Assembly: GCA_963804955.1 (NCBI GenBank) | Contig: CAWDSQ010000007.1 | Coordinates: 32,001 to 96,000, forward strand | Source: an uncultured delta proteobacterium | Lineage (GTDB): Bacteria; Desulfobacterota; WTBG01; CAIYCZ01; CAIRTM01 | Reading direction: 5' to 3' | Length of the DNA stretch: 64,000 nt | In this document: positions 19,996 through 29,577 of the stretch, piece after piece | Numbering within the stretch: position 1 is the first letter of the stretch | How the letters are laid out: each line of letters begins with the position of its first letter | Program-made: the position numbers and the translations under genes | Notes under the pieces: model-generated | The model's input: only the letters and a program-made list of their open reading frames with translations | What the model was told of the DNA's origin: nothing | The model's database searches: none

Positions 19996-20848
19996 TCAGT
20001 GCTTCCTTCCCGCAGCCTGGGCCCACCAGGCATGGCAGCTCTTCAAAAGTGAACGACGCGGGCACGGAAAGTTCCTTGTTGTTCCAGATCGACTCTGACA
20101 ACTGCCGAAACGCCTCGCACTCGGCTGTATCTGGCGCATGCTGGAAGAGTGTCAGGCCCTTGCCGGAGCACTCTTTTATCTTTTCGCTGTAGGGAATAAA
20201 TCCGACAAGATGGCTGCCAAGCTTTCGGGAAAATTCATCCAGAATGGTCTGCTCATCCTTAAGCTCCCGGCCATTGCCGATAATGCCGCCGAGCCTGACG
20301 CCCGAACGGGAATTGAAGCGCGATACAGCCTTGCAAATATTGGAGGCGGCAAATAAAACCTCCAGCTCGCCGCTGCTCACGATATAGACCTCGTCGGCAT
20401 GGCCTTCGCGAATAGGCATGGAGAAACCGCCGCACACCACGTCACCGAGCACGTCATAGAGAACCACATCGAGCTTCAGAACCTCCATCACATTGAGATG
20501 CTTGAGCGCCTCTATGGCCTCCACCACCCCCTTGCCCCCGCAGCCAAGCCCGGGGTCAGGCCCGCCGCTTTCCGCACAGAAAATCTTGCCGGAGCAGGTA
20601 TCGTTGAGAGGGCTTTCAAACACCACCTCGTCCATGGTGAGGGATTTCACCTCAAAGTTCTTCTTCCGCAGAATCCCCAGCACTGTCTGGGGCATTTTGC
20701 CTTTCAGCAGCAGACGCGTGCTGTCATGCTTGGGGTCGCAGCCCACATGCAGAACCCTTAATCCTTTGGCCGCAAGGGCAAAAGTTATATGGGATGACAC
20801 CATGGACTTGCCGATACCTCCCTTACCGTAAATAGCTATCTGGCGCAT
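19996..20848 (-). CDS. Nitrogenase iron protein-like ATPase (NifH/BchL/BchX family), copy 2
   Basis: YGKGGIGKS, GCDPKHDS, ESGGPDPGLGCGGKG, DVLGDVVCGGF; an indel near the 3' end makes the likely true terminus ...AWWAQAAGRKH*. Confidence 0.93.
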
Positions 20849-21052
20849 AGTGAGACCTCTGTGATATTTGTTGTGGCGAATTTCTTAATTATTCGTTCAG
20901 AAAATTTTGTTGGGTTCGCCCTGTTACAGCAGTTTTTTCACCATCACCTGATTTTTTGCCGGTGGGATTGAGTAACAGAGGCAACATTTTTGTCCGGGCT
21001 TAACCCAACCATCTAGAATGCTAAAAAGGTTGTCGGCATTCACGCCTGCCAG

Positions 21053-21892
21053 CTAATTTATATACGGCAGCCACCAGTCATAGAGCTCTTCAAACTCAAG
21101 GGTATTCGGAATGACAAGATTTTTATTGTCAAACACCTTCTGCCCGATCTCGCGGTAGAGATTCGCCTCCGGCGAATCCGGCGCGCATTGAAACACGGTT
21201 TCGCCATCGCCGCCGCATTGCTTCACGGTCTGGCTGTAGGGAATGACGCCCACGATCTGCGTGCCGATCTTTTGAGCAAAATCAGTCACCATCTGAAGTT
21301 CATTCTTCACGCGTCGCAGGTTAACGATGAGCCCGCCGAGCTTTGAGCCGGCCCGAGCGTCAAAGCGCTTGATTGCCTTTGACACATTGCTGACTTGATA
21401 GAGCGCCTCGAACTCGCCGCTGGTCACCACATAGGTTTCCTGCGCAAAGCCCTGGCGTATGGGCAGGGAAAAACCGCCGCAGACGACATCGCCCAGGATG
21501 TCATAAATAACGACATCGATATCAAGGGCCTTGAATATACTGAGTTTTTTTATCGTGTCGATGGCTTCAACCACGCCCTTGCCGCCGCAGCCCACCCCCG
21601 GCTCGGGCCCGCCGCTTTCAGCGCAGTAGATTTTGCCGCCGTTTTCAAACTGCAGGGGCGATGTGGTGATGATGTCCTCGGGAGAAAGGTCGTCGTACAT
21701 GAAATCATTTTTGCGCAGCACGTCAAGAATCGTGGGCGGAAAGTCAGGCAGCAGAAGGTAGGTGCTGTCATTTTTCGGGCTGCAGCCCATCTGCAGCACC
21801 TTCATTCCCCGCTCGGCAAAAGTGTAGGATAGATGGGATGCAACCGTCGACTTCCCTATGCCGCCTTTACCGTAAAGTGCTATCTGCCGCAT
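21053..21892 (-). CDS. Nitrogenase iron protein-like ATPase (NifH/BchL/BchX family), copy 1
   Basis: YGKGGIGKST, GCSPKNDS, ESGGPEPGVGCGGKG, DILGDVVCGGF; AAGGAGG RBS. Confidence 0.93.
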   Translation of the reverse strand: MRQIALYGKGGIGKSTVASHLSYTFAERGMKVLQMGCSPKNDSTYLLLPDFPPTILDVLRKNDFMYDDLSPEDIITTSPLQFENGGKIYCAESGGPEPGVGCGGKGVVEAIDTIKKLSIFKALDIDVVIYDILGDVVCGGFSLPIRQGFAQETYVVTSGEFEALYQVSNVSKAIKRFDARAGSKLGGLIVNLRRVKNELQMVTDFAQKIGTQIVGVIPYSQTVKQCGGDGETVFQCAPDSPEANLYREIGQKVFDNKNLVIPNTLEFEELYDWWLPYIN

Positions 21893-21910
21893 TGACTTCC
21901 TCCTTAATCC

Positions 21911-22384
21911 TTATAATGGACAGCGACATCGTTTCATAATTGAGCTTGCGGCGCGCAGCGATTTCAGCAGGCGCGTACGCTGCTTTTCGTCAAGACAACC
22001 AAAAATATTCATCAGCTCCTGCTTACGCGCCTTTAAAATACTGCCGTGAGCTTTTTTCCCGCTGTCTGTCATCTGCACTTTAACGACCCGCCGGTCACCC
22101 GTGTCGCGAATGCGCTCGACAAAACCCTCGTCAACGAGCCTGTCGACGACCTCTGTCATGCAGGGCATTTTCACATTGGCGATTTTGCACAGCTCGCCCA
22201 TGCTGTAGCGCCGGTCTTCATGAAAGGCCGACATAGCCTTGAGCTGCGAGCTGTTGACCGGGAACCCCATCAGCCCCTTGCTGCTCATAACCATTTGCTG
22301 AAAAAGGTCCGTAAAAAGATTACGGATCTCGATTAAATGCATTTCTATTTCGGTAAGCTCACTGAGTTGCTTGCTGTCCCCCAC
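21911..22384 (-). CDS. MarR family transcriptional regulator
   Basis: MTEVVDRLVDEGFVERIRDTGDRRVVKVQMTDSG wing motif. Confidence 0.92.
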   Translation of the reverse strand: MGDSKQLSELTEIEMHLIEIRNLFTDLFQQMVMSSKGLMGFPVNSSQLKAMSAFHEDRRYSMGELCKIANVKMPCMTEVVDRLVDEGFVERIRDTGDRRVVKVQMTDSGKKAHGSILKARKQELMNIFGCLDEKQRTRLLKSLRAASSIMKRCRCPL

Positions 22385-22747
22385 GTTACCCCATCCTTTT
22401 GCAAAGATGATCTGACCACAGACTGCTGCGACAGATCAAAATTTCAGTAAAAAATATTTCATTAAAAAAAAGTTCAATTATGAAGTATATAGACTGTGAA
22501 TTAATTTTTGTCAAGCCAGGATTTTTTATTTTTTTGGACTTTGAAATATCCCTGTTGTGCGGCAGAGAGTGTCATGCTGATTGCATATCTGCATCCGCCA
22601 ATAAAAAAACAGGCTTTTCCCAACAACATTGTTGCGGTCTGGCCTGTTTTCTCTGTGCGAGGAGACTGTACGCGTCATGGTCGATGCCCCGCCGCGAACC
22701 GGATATGGAGGGGAATCAAGCAGCATGCAGCATCACGTATATGGCGG

Positions 22748-23218
22748 CTAGGGCTTGGTTGTCTTCTTTAATATGCCCGAAACTTTTCGCAAGGCCGTGA
22801 GCAGTTCATCCTGATCCTTCTGTGAAAGTTTGCCAAAAAGATTGCCCATTTCCTCACGGCGGCGGCCTATGAACTTGTCGTGAATCTTTTTGCCCGCATC
22901 CGTCAGCGCCACTTTGACCACGCGGCGGTCCTTGGTGTCGCGCACCCGCTTGAGCAAGCCCTCGGACTCGAGCCGATCTACCATCTCGGTCATGCTGGGC
23001 ATCTTCACCAAAGCGTTCCTGCTCAGCTCCGTCATACTGTACTCGCGGTCTTCGTGAAATGCGGTAAGCGCCTTCATCTGCGAAAGCGTTACGGACATAT
23101 CGCTTATACGGCGGCTGCCCTTGACCATTTTGTTGAATATCTGCACGAAAAGGTTGCGCACCTCTATCATGTGTTCTTCAATCTCAGTGACTTTTTCCAT
23201 AAAAACCTTATTATCCAT
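22748..23218 (-). CDS. MarR family transcriptional regulator (paralog)
   Basis: MTEMVDRLESEGLLKRVRDTKDRRVVKVALTDAG. Confidence 0.92.
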   Translation of the reverse strand: MDNKVFMEKVTEIEEHMIEVRNLFVQIFNKMVKGSRRISDMSVTLSQMKALTAFHEDREYSMTELSRNALVKMPSMTEMVDRLESEGLLKRVRDTKDRRVVKVALTDAGKKIHDKFIGRRREEMGNLFGKLSQKDQDELLTALRKVSGILKKTTKP

Positions 23219-23257
23219 ATGCGGCCTCATTTTAGAATTTTTAATATTTCATTTCCT

Positions 23258-23286
23258 AATATATAAATGGCATATTTTTATGTCAA
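23258..23286 (-). promoter_or_regulatory. sigma70-type promoter upstream of the marR paralog
   Basis: TTGACA-17 bp-TATATT; a similar TTGACA-17-TATATA lies at 22486-22514 upstream of the other marR. Confidence 0.6.
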
Positions 23287-23630
23287 GCGTTATTTTATAT
23301 TTTCAAAGAAATTTTGATAAATGCAAATACTTTTGAAACCATTTTGCATATGAGCTATATAGCTAAACTGACCGCTGCTGCAATATATCTAACGACGAGG
23401 GCGTCTGAGCTTTTTTTCAATTTAATACAGTGGTTTAAACATTCATGTCTGGGACTTTTTGTGCAATCAGTCCTCTCGACGGTTCTTGGAATACTGGAGT
23501 TTGTTTAAAATTTCTTTAAGCAAGACGGGTTTTCAGAGCACAAACAGTTTAGCGGCTGCGGTTACATGTTATGAAACAGGCGCATACACTGTCTCTACTC
23601 AAAACTTAAAACAACACTGCATCGAAAAGC

Positions 23631-25289
23631 ATGAAAATAATCTACGCATCCGATATTCACGAGTCTTATAAAAATCTGCAGAAACTCTTTCGTGTGACGG
23701 ATGCCGACCTCTACATAATTGCAGGCGACCTCCTCTATAGCGCCTTCCCTTCCTGGGAACTTGCCGCACGCTTCACGGAGATGCAGCAGCGCGTCTATTC
23801 CTGGGGCTTAAGCCGGGGCATGACGGGCACACGCTTTACTATGGCCCGCACCATGCTTGAAACGCCGGAATCTTCTTCAATTGAACAGGCGCTTGCAAAG
23901 GAATTTCTTCGCCTCACAGAAATTGCACAGGCAAGCATGTTTCAAAAATACGGACGCATAGCAAAAATTTTTACCGCATCCGGCAAGACCGATATCATAA
24001 CCATCCCTGGAAACTATGATATGGATCTTAACAAAACCGAACTTGCATCATGGAACCTGCATCTGAAAACACGCATACTAAACGGCATTACCATCGCCGG
24101 CTATGGCGGATCACCGGTCTTCACCCCCGGCATACCGGACAATCTGCGCATAGCATACAATGAGCTCAGGCTGGATGGACTGCTCGTGTCTGAGCCGTAC
24201 GACTTTTTCATAAAAACCAACCCCGACATTATCCTGCTGCACCAGCCTGCCTATGGTTATCTGGATACAATTGCCACCTACGGCAGCATCGGCAGTATCG
24301 GCGTGCGCGATTTTATCGACCACAGCAGTGTACGCCTCGTGCTCAGCGGCCATATGCATGAAGACTGGGGTGCGATCTTCAAGCAGGGCAAAGTCTTCCT
24401 GAACCCTTCAAATTTCGGCCGCGTCGTTGAAATTCACCGGATTAAAAAAGGCGGCTACTTTACTGAATTTACCATGGACGGCGCTACTTTCAGGGGGGGG
24501 ATGCTGCGCCAGATCGACGGCGGCAGGGCATACGATATTGAGCAGTGCATTATGCGCGACGACAAATTCCGGCTGCTGGTGATCGACCTCAAGCGATACC
24601 GCTATCTCTCAAACATAAAAAAACGCCAGAAGCATATCCGCGCCATCCGCCTCTTCAATACGCTGCGGGGGTTCTTTCAGAAACATGAAACCGAGGCAAC
24701 CCGCACGCGCATAGAAGCACTGGAAAAATTCTGCCGGAAACTGCATAAAGAAGGCCATGACATAGCATTCCACCTGCTTGGCTCTCTTAATTTCGGCATG
24801 GCGACCGACACATCGGATCTTGACACCGTGCTCTACTTCCGCGACCCGGAGCTTACCGTGCCCGATGATGTCTCCTACCCTGTGCCCGACTACGTTCACT
24901 CACGTTTGGGAGAGCTGAAAGACAGCGGCATTGATCTTTCCATCTGCGATTGTTTGAATCTTGCCCGCATCGAGGAGGCGATCATCACGCAGGATGTGCA
25001 CAACACGCTTCTGCAGCGTTTTATTTTTTATTACGGGACCTGCCGCTGCGTGAATGCAGAGCCCATCAAGGAGGTTGAAAACCTGCTCATCCACAAGCAG
25101 CCGTTCCGCTTTGATGTGGAAGGGGAGCTTGCCGATGTCTTCCGCATGATGATCAGCAGCTTTCGCCACTCCTTCTCATTTAAAAAATACCAGATGCGCC
25201 TGCGTGAAAAAGGCCTGACCGTGCCGCCCTACATTGAAGAAAAAATCTGGGAGTATCTTGAGTATCGGGATGAAAAGCAGAAAAAATAA
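23631..25289 (+). CDS. Metallophosphoesterase fused to a C-terminal nucleotidyltransferase-like domain
   Basis: SDIH, AGDL, GNYD, HQP, GHMH; C-terminal LLGSLNFGMATDTSDLD (GS...DxD). Confidence 0.85.
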   Translation: MKIIYASDIHESYKNLQKLFRVTDADLYIIAGDLLYSAFPSWELAARFTEMQQRVYSWGLSRGMTGTRFTMARTMLETPESSSIEQALAKEFLRLTEIAQASMFQKYGRIAKIFTASGKTDIITIPGNYDMDLNKTELASWNLHLKTRILNGITIAGYGGSPVFTPGIPDNLRIAYNELRLDGLLVSEPYDFFIKTNPDIILLHQPAYGYLDTIATYGSIGSIGVRDFIDHSSVRLVLSGHMHEDWGAIFKQGKVFLNPSNFGRVVEIHRIKKGGYFTEFTMDGATFRGGMLRQIDGGRAYDIEQCIMRDDKFRLLVIDLKRYRYLSNIKKRQKHIRAIRLFNTLRGFFQKHETEATRTRIEALEKFCRKLHKEGHDIAFHLLGSLNFGMATDTSDLDTVLYFRDPELTVPDDVSYPVPDYVHSRLGELKDSGIDLSICDCLNLARIEEAIITQDVHNTLLQRFIFYYGTCRCVNAEPIKEVENLLIHKQPFRFDVEGELADVFRMMISSFRHSFSFKKYQMRLREKGLTVPPYIEEKIWEYLEYRDEKQKK

Positions 25290-25340
25290 AGCCTCTTACC
25301 AGAAGCTGGGCAAACATTTTTCTTGTACGTAGTCTTCCAT

Positions 25341-25898
25341 CTATTTTTCATCTCTTTTCCATATAACATTGCGCAAACCTTCGCGGTAGCACAGGCGTCG
25401 GATTTTATAGGGAAGTATGGTGACAATATTGAAATTGTATGATTCCGCAGCCTCTCCGAGGCCCTGCGCTTCAAGCTGTTTCAAATACCGTGAGTATGCG
25501 CGAATTTCATGAAAACGGGTTATATCTTCATTTTTTTTAAAAACATTGGCGATGCCCCAGACCTGCAATCCTGAGGCCCCGAAAAAATCAACACCGGGGT
25601 TGTAGGGGTCGGCGATGCTGTAGGATACTCTTTCGTTTGCATGCATGTTGGCTATTTTGCCCCCACCCTCGCAGAACATATGCACGGTAAGGCCGTTATT
25701 GAAATACTCCACGGGCGTGCACCGGGGTTCATTATTTTTGCAGGTTGCCAGGTGGAGCACGTTGTGGCTGCTGATATAGGTGATGGCCATTTCGATAAAC
25801 TCTTCTTCCGTCATGGCCGCGCGCATTTTGATTCCGGCCATTTCAAAGGCCTGCAGCTCTTTGGCGTTTGGTTGCGGTACGATCACTTTTCCCATCAC
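25341..25898 (-). CDS. Pyridoxamine 5'-phosphate oxidase-family (split-barrel flavin-binding) protein
   Basis: VLHLATCKNNEPRCTPVEY, GGKIANM..NERVS, GLQVWG. Confidence 0.82.
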   Translation of the reverse strand: MMGKVIVPQPNAKELQAFEMAGIKMRAAMTEEEFIEMAITYISSHNVLHLATCKNNEPRCTPVEYFNNGLTVHMFCEGGGKIANMHANERVSYSIADPYNPGVDFFGASGLQVWGIANVFKKNEDITRFHEIRAYSRYLKQLEAQGLGEAAESYNFNIVTILPYKIRRLCYREGLRNVIWKRDEK

Positions 25899-25922
25899 AG
25901 CATTCTCCTGTTGAGGCCCTGA

Positions 25923-26793
25923 TTATTCGTGGTGGTGTGCATAGACTGTTTTATCCAGATTTTTCACAAGGCCCGGAATCAGGCTGAACGGGAAGCATAC
26001 CAGAAGCTCATCATCCTTCAAGCGCATGAATGTTCTCCCGCCGTGGTCGCCTGCGGTGAAGGCAGGCCGGTTATTGGCAAGGGTTGAGGGAATGGTCATG
26101 AGGCAGGTTGATTTGCCCGCAAAGCCGGTGATAATCTCGCCGGTATCAAAAGCAAATGCAGTCGAGATGGCGGCCAACTGCGCAGGCGTAGCCGGAAAAA
26201 GCACGAGTTCTGGCCTGGTCTATCTCTTCAAAAGCACCGATGACCATACCCTTAAAAATATGGCTGAAGCGGGAAAATGCATCCCTGTTTTTTGTCATCG
26301 GCTCTCGCGAGGCATACAGGTTCCCTTCGCCAACGACGGATGCTTCAAGAGCCGCATCAAACTCCTCGCGCGTGACGCGTTTGGCGCCGAGGCCCATGTT
26401 TGCGCATCCTCCGCACATGCTCGCTTCAGCGGAAAAAAACAGCGGTGCCCCCTGGCCCTCGAATATGTCGCCGCATATGGCGCACCAGAACTGCGGGCCT
26501 TCCTCAACCGGAACATTAGAGGGCGCTTTGTCAAAAAATTTCATAGCCGCAATAGCTCGTGAAAGGCCGAGTTTATTCTTAAGGCAGAAAGCAAGTCTTT
26601 TCACATCGAGCATGGCATCTATAGCGCCCCTGCCAATGGCTCCGACAGGGCAATAGCGCACGCAGACCCCGCAGTCGCAGCACATGTCGGTGACGGCAAC
26701 TGTATCTTCCCGGCGGACGATGGCACGGTTAGGGCAGTTGCCGATGCAGGATCCGCACCGGGCGCAGAGTTCATCATTGATAGTAAACGGCAT
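25923..26793 (-). CDS. 2x[4Fe-4S] ferredoxin fused to a DUF169-like domain (frameshift near 26210)
   Basis: CARCGSCIGNCP and CCDCGVCVRYCP, then FWC, CGGC...LG, ATPAQL, KSTC, GDHGGR, LKDDELLVCFP. Confidence 0.8.
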
Positions 26794-27118
26794 TCAGGCT
26801 ATCCTAAAAAAATAAAGTTTCAACGACACAGACCAATCAGCATAAGAGAGCTGGCTTCCGGGTGATTGCTGCCAATGAGTGCCCCTGGATGGATACTAAA
26901 CCCGTAAAAAGCACCCCCGTTTCAAAAAACCGCCGGAAGTTCCGGCGCCTGCGCGATTTGATTACGGATCACATGCTTGAGAACACACACCCGGAACGCA
27001 GGGCAGGCAAAGCAGCCGCTGCAAAAACACTGCCTGTGATATTTTGACAATTCCATAGATGCCGCACATCGCAAAAACCAGCCCGCTGCAACTGAGCAAA
27101 CCTGTTCACTAAAGGCTG

Positions 27119-27598
27119 CTAAACGGAATCAGAGGCCGGCTGCAGCAGTGCAATGATACGAGGGGCGCTGCGTTCAACAATCGGCCTCAACTCTTTAACT
27201 ACAGCCAGATATTCTTCAGGAGAAACCATTGAAACATCCGGTATATCATAGCGCTGCATAATCATCTCGCTCAACATATAAACACGCAGGGCATACTGAG
27301 GGAATTCAGCTTGAAGAGCTTCTTTATGAAAGCTTGTCATGCACAAAACCAGATCAGACTCAGCCAATAAATTGGTTGTTATGGAGCGGGAACGATGATG
27401 AGTAAGATCAATGCCCACAGCAAGCAAATGAGGCAAAACTGACGGCAAAACACATTCGCCTTCCTGCGCCCAGGTGCCGCAGGAATGCACCTGCCAGGCA
27501 CCGGGGACCGCATACTGCTGCAGCCATTGTTTAAATAAAACTGCTGCTATAGGAGAACGGCAAAGATTTGCCGTGCATACGAACATCACTGTTGGCAT
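27119..27598 (-). CDS. Low-molecular-weight protein tyrosine phosphatase (Wzb-like)
   Basis: VCTANLCRS P-loop. Confidence 0.9.
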   Translation of the reverse strand: MPTVMFVCTANLCRSPIAAVLFKQWLQQYAVPGAWQVHSCGTWAQEGECVLPSVLPHLLAVGIDLTHHRSRSITTNLLAESDLVLCMTSFHKEALQAEFPQYALRVYMLSEMIMQRYDIPDVSMVSPEEYLAVVKELRPIVERSAPRIIALLQPASDSV

Positions 27599-27669
27599 AT
27601 AGCCGATCCACAAAAAAATATAGCCGGGTCATTTGCCGATTCGTCACGCCCAGAAGCAATGCGTACAGG

Positions 27670-29364
27670 CTATATACAGGTTGATGCTGTTTTTATCTTT
27701 TCGTTTTTACAATTTCGATTGAACTTTTTTTTGACTATAGATTTCATAAAGGCAGCCGGATGCCTGAGTAAACCGGGTTGGAGGTTGTCATCATCGCTGT
27801 ATTGAGCGTTATAATAATAACTGCTGTAGTGATAATTATAATAGCTGCTTCTATCACGAGGCGCCTTATTGAAAACGACGCCTAAAATATAGGCTCCTGA
27901 ACGCTCCAGTTGCTCTTTAGCGTGCTTCAGATCTGCAAATCGTGTTTTGCCCACCTCAACGACCAGCACAACGCCATCAACCCTGTTGGCCAGCACGGAA
28001 GCATCCGTCAGTGCCGCAATTGGCGGGGAGTCAAGCAGGATAATATCCTTTGTTCCTGCAATAGAGTCCAGCAACTGCGCCATTTTGTTCGACCCCAGCA
28101 GTTCAGCCGGATTAAGAGGAAGGGGTCCGGCGCTCAGCAGACTCAGGTTGGGAGCATCTGTTGGGCGCAATGCATTTTCAAGATTAAAAGACTCCTGCAA
28201 CAGGAGAGTTGAGAGGCCGCGCCTGTTTGATTTATCGAAATGCTTGTGCAGAGAGGGGCGATGCATATCGCAATCAAGCAGGACTACCGTTTTGCCGGCC
28301 TGGGCGAAAACAGTGGCGAGGTTTGCAGCCACAAACGATTTTCCCTCCTGTGCATTCAGGCTCGTTATGAGAATTCTGCGAACAGGCCTGTCGACGCCGG
28401 CAAACATAATATTGGACCGAAGAAATCGGAACGCCTCGGTAATGGGCGCACGAGGCTTTTTATGCGCGATCGGTTTGGCCTCTGTCTCCTTGCTTGAAAG
28501 AAGAACAGCTACTCCTATCAGAGGTAGTTGCAGCTCTGAGGTTATCTGTTCAGCATTTTTAATGGAATCGTCCAGGTAATCAATTATAAAAATCAAAACA
28601 GAACCGAGCAGCAAACCGAACAAAATCCCCACCGTCACACTTCGGGCAATGCGGGGGCGAATCGGAAACAGAGGCACACTTGCCTTGTCTACCACAATCA
28701 CATTGTTCAGAGTTTGGGCTTCAACCAGGCGTTGACTCTCATAACTTTGCACCATGCGGGATCGGCTATCCCGCAAACGGATCAAATCAGATTCAAGAGA
28801 GGCCCGCTTGTTTAATGCCAAAGGATCGTTATTGCTAGACAAAGCAGTAATCTGAGACTCCATCTGCTCAATCTGTTTATCAAGCGCAGCAATTTCTCTG
28901 GCCAGGCTTTTCTTTGATTCAACAAAACGGCTCGACTGTGTGGAATTATTATAGGCGATAAACACTTCCGGAACAAGGTTGCAGAGGGCTGCCGCACGCA
29001 CCGGGTCCGTATCCTCGATGCTCAACCTTATAAACTGCGTATCCTTCACCAGTTGTACCTGAAGCATCCAGGCTAGCGTTTGGGCATCAAACGGACACTT
29101 CAAACGGGCAACGACCTGAGAGAGTATCGCTTCTGACTGCATCAATTGAACATAGGTGCGCGCCAGCCGCTCACTGAGGGCAAGCGAATTTAAATCAACG
29201 CCCTTCGCGCTTGAAGCTTCGCTGATCAATATTGTACTGACAGCCTGAAACACAGGCTCCTGCATGGAACTATTCACATATGCAAAGCCGCCGCTTAAAG
29301 CCGCACAAAACAGTACAAGCCACCACCATCGCAAAAAAAGGTAGAAATACCCTTTAAGCTCCAT
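27670..29364 (-). CDS. Polysaccharide chain-length regulator / tyrosine autokinase (Wzc/CpsCD-like)
   Basis: Two TM segments, EAFRFLR, EGKS, LDCDMHRP, LDSPP, Tyr-rich tail YYNYHYSSYYY. Confidence 0.92.
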   Translation of the reverse strand: MELKGYFYLFLRWWWLVLFCAALSGGFAYVNSSMQEPVFQAVSTILISEASSAKGVDLNSLALSERLARTYVQLMQSEAILSQVVARLKCPFDAQTLAWMLQVQLVKDTQFIRLSIEDTDPVRAAALCNLVPEVFIAYNNSTQSSRFVESKKSLAREIAALDKQIEQMESQITALSSNNDPLALNKRASLESDLIRLRDSRSRMVQSYESQRLVEAQTLNNVIVVDKASVPLFPIRPRIARSVTVGILFGLLLGSVLIFIIDYLDDSIKNAEQITSELQLPLIGVAVLLSSKETEAKPIAHKKPRAPITEAFRFLRSNIMFAGVDRPVRRILITSLNAQEGKSFVAANLATVFAQAGKTVVLLDCDMHRPSLHKHFDKSNRRGLSTLLLQESFNLENALRPTDAPNLSLLSAGPLPLNPAELLGSNKMAQLLDSIAGTKDIILLDSPPIAALTDASVLANRVDGVVLVVEVGKTRFADLKHAKEQLERSGAYILGVVFNKAPRDRSSYYNYHYSSYYYNAQYSDDDNLQPGLLRHPAAFMKSIVKKKFNRNCKNEKIKTASTCI

Positions 29365-29577
29365 TCCAGGTCCTTTCACAGCCAGGCAATAGTTCTATCG
29401 ACACCATATAGCCTTCCGGACATAATCCATATAAAAAAACAGAAAAAACAAATTTTGATCAGCAAATGTATTGAATATCTATATATAGCTATAACCATAT
29501 TTGGTCAACTCTAATCTTGTGTACTGTAAAATGCTCTGGATTCATGCTCCGCGCTAAAACCCGACACCCTTCTGCGA

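Noticed and set aside
16859..21892. Bona fide nitrogenase (nifHDK)
   Set aside because: Subunit B lacks two of the P-cluster Cys, no FeMoco ligand motifs are seen, PCP_red domains are present, and there is no nifB/E/N in the window.
6353..21892. Photosynthesis gene cluster (bchP, bchXYZ/LNB, bciA)
   Set aside because: Only fold-level resemblance; no Mg-chelatase, reaction-centre or other bch genes; the GGR-like gene is in a separate operon on the opposite strand.
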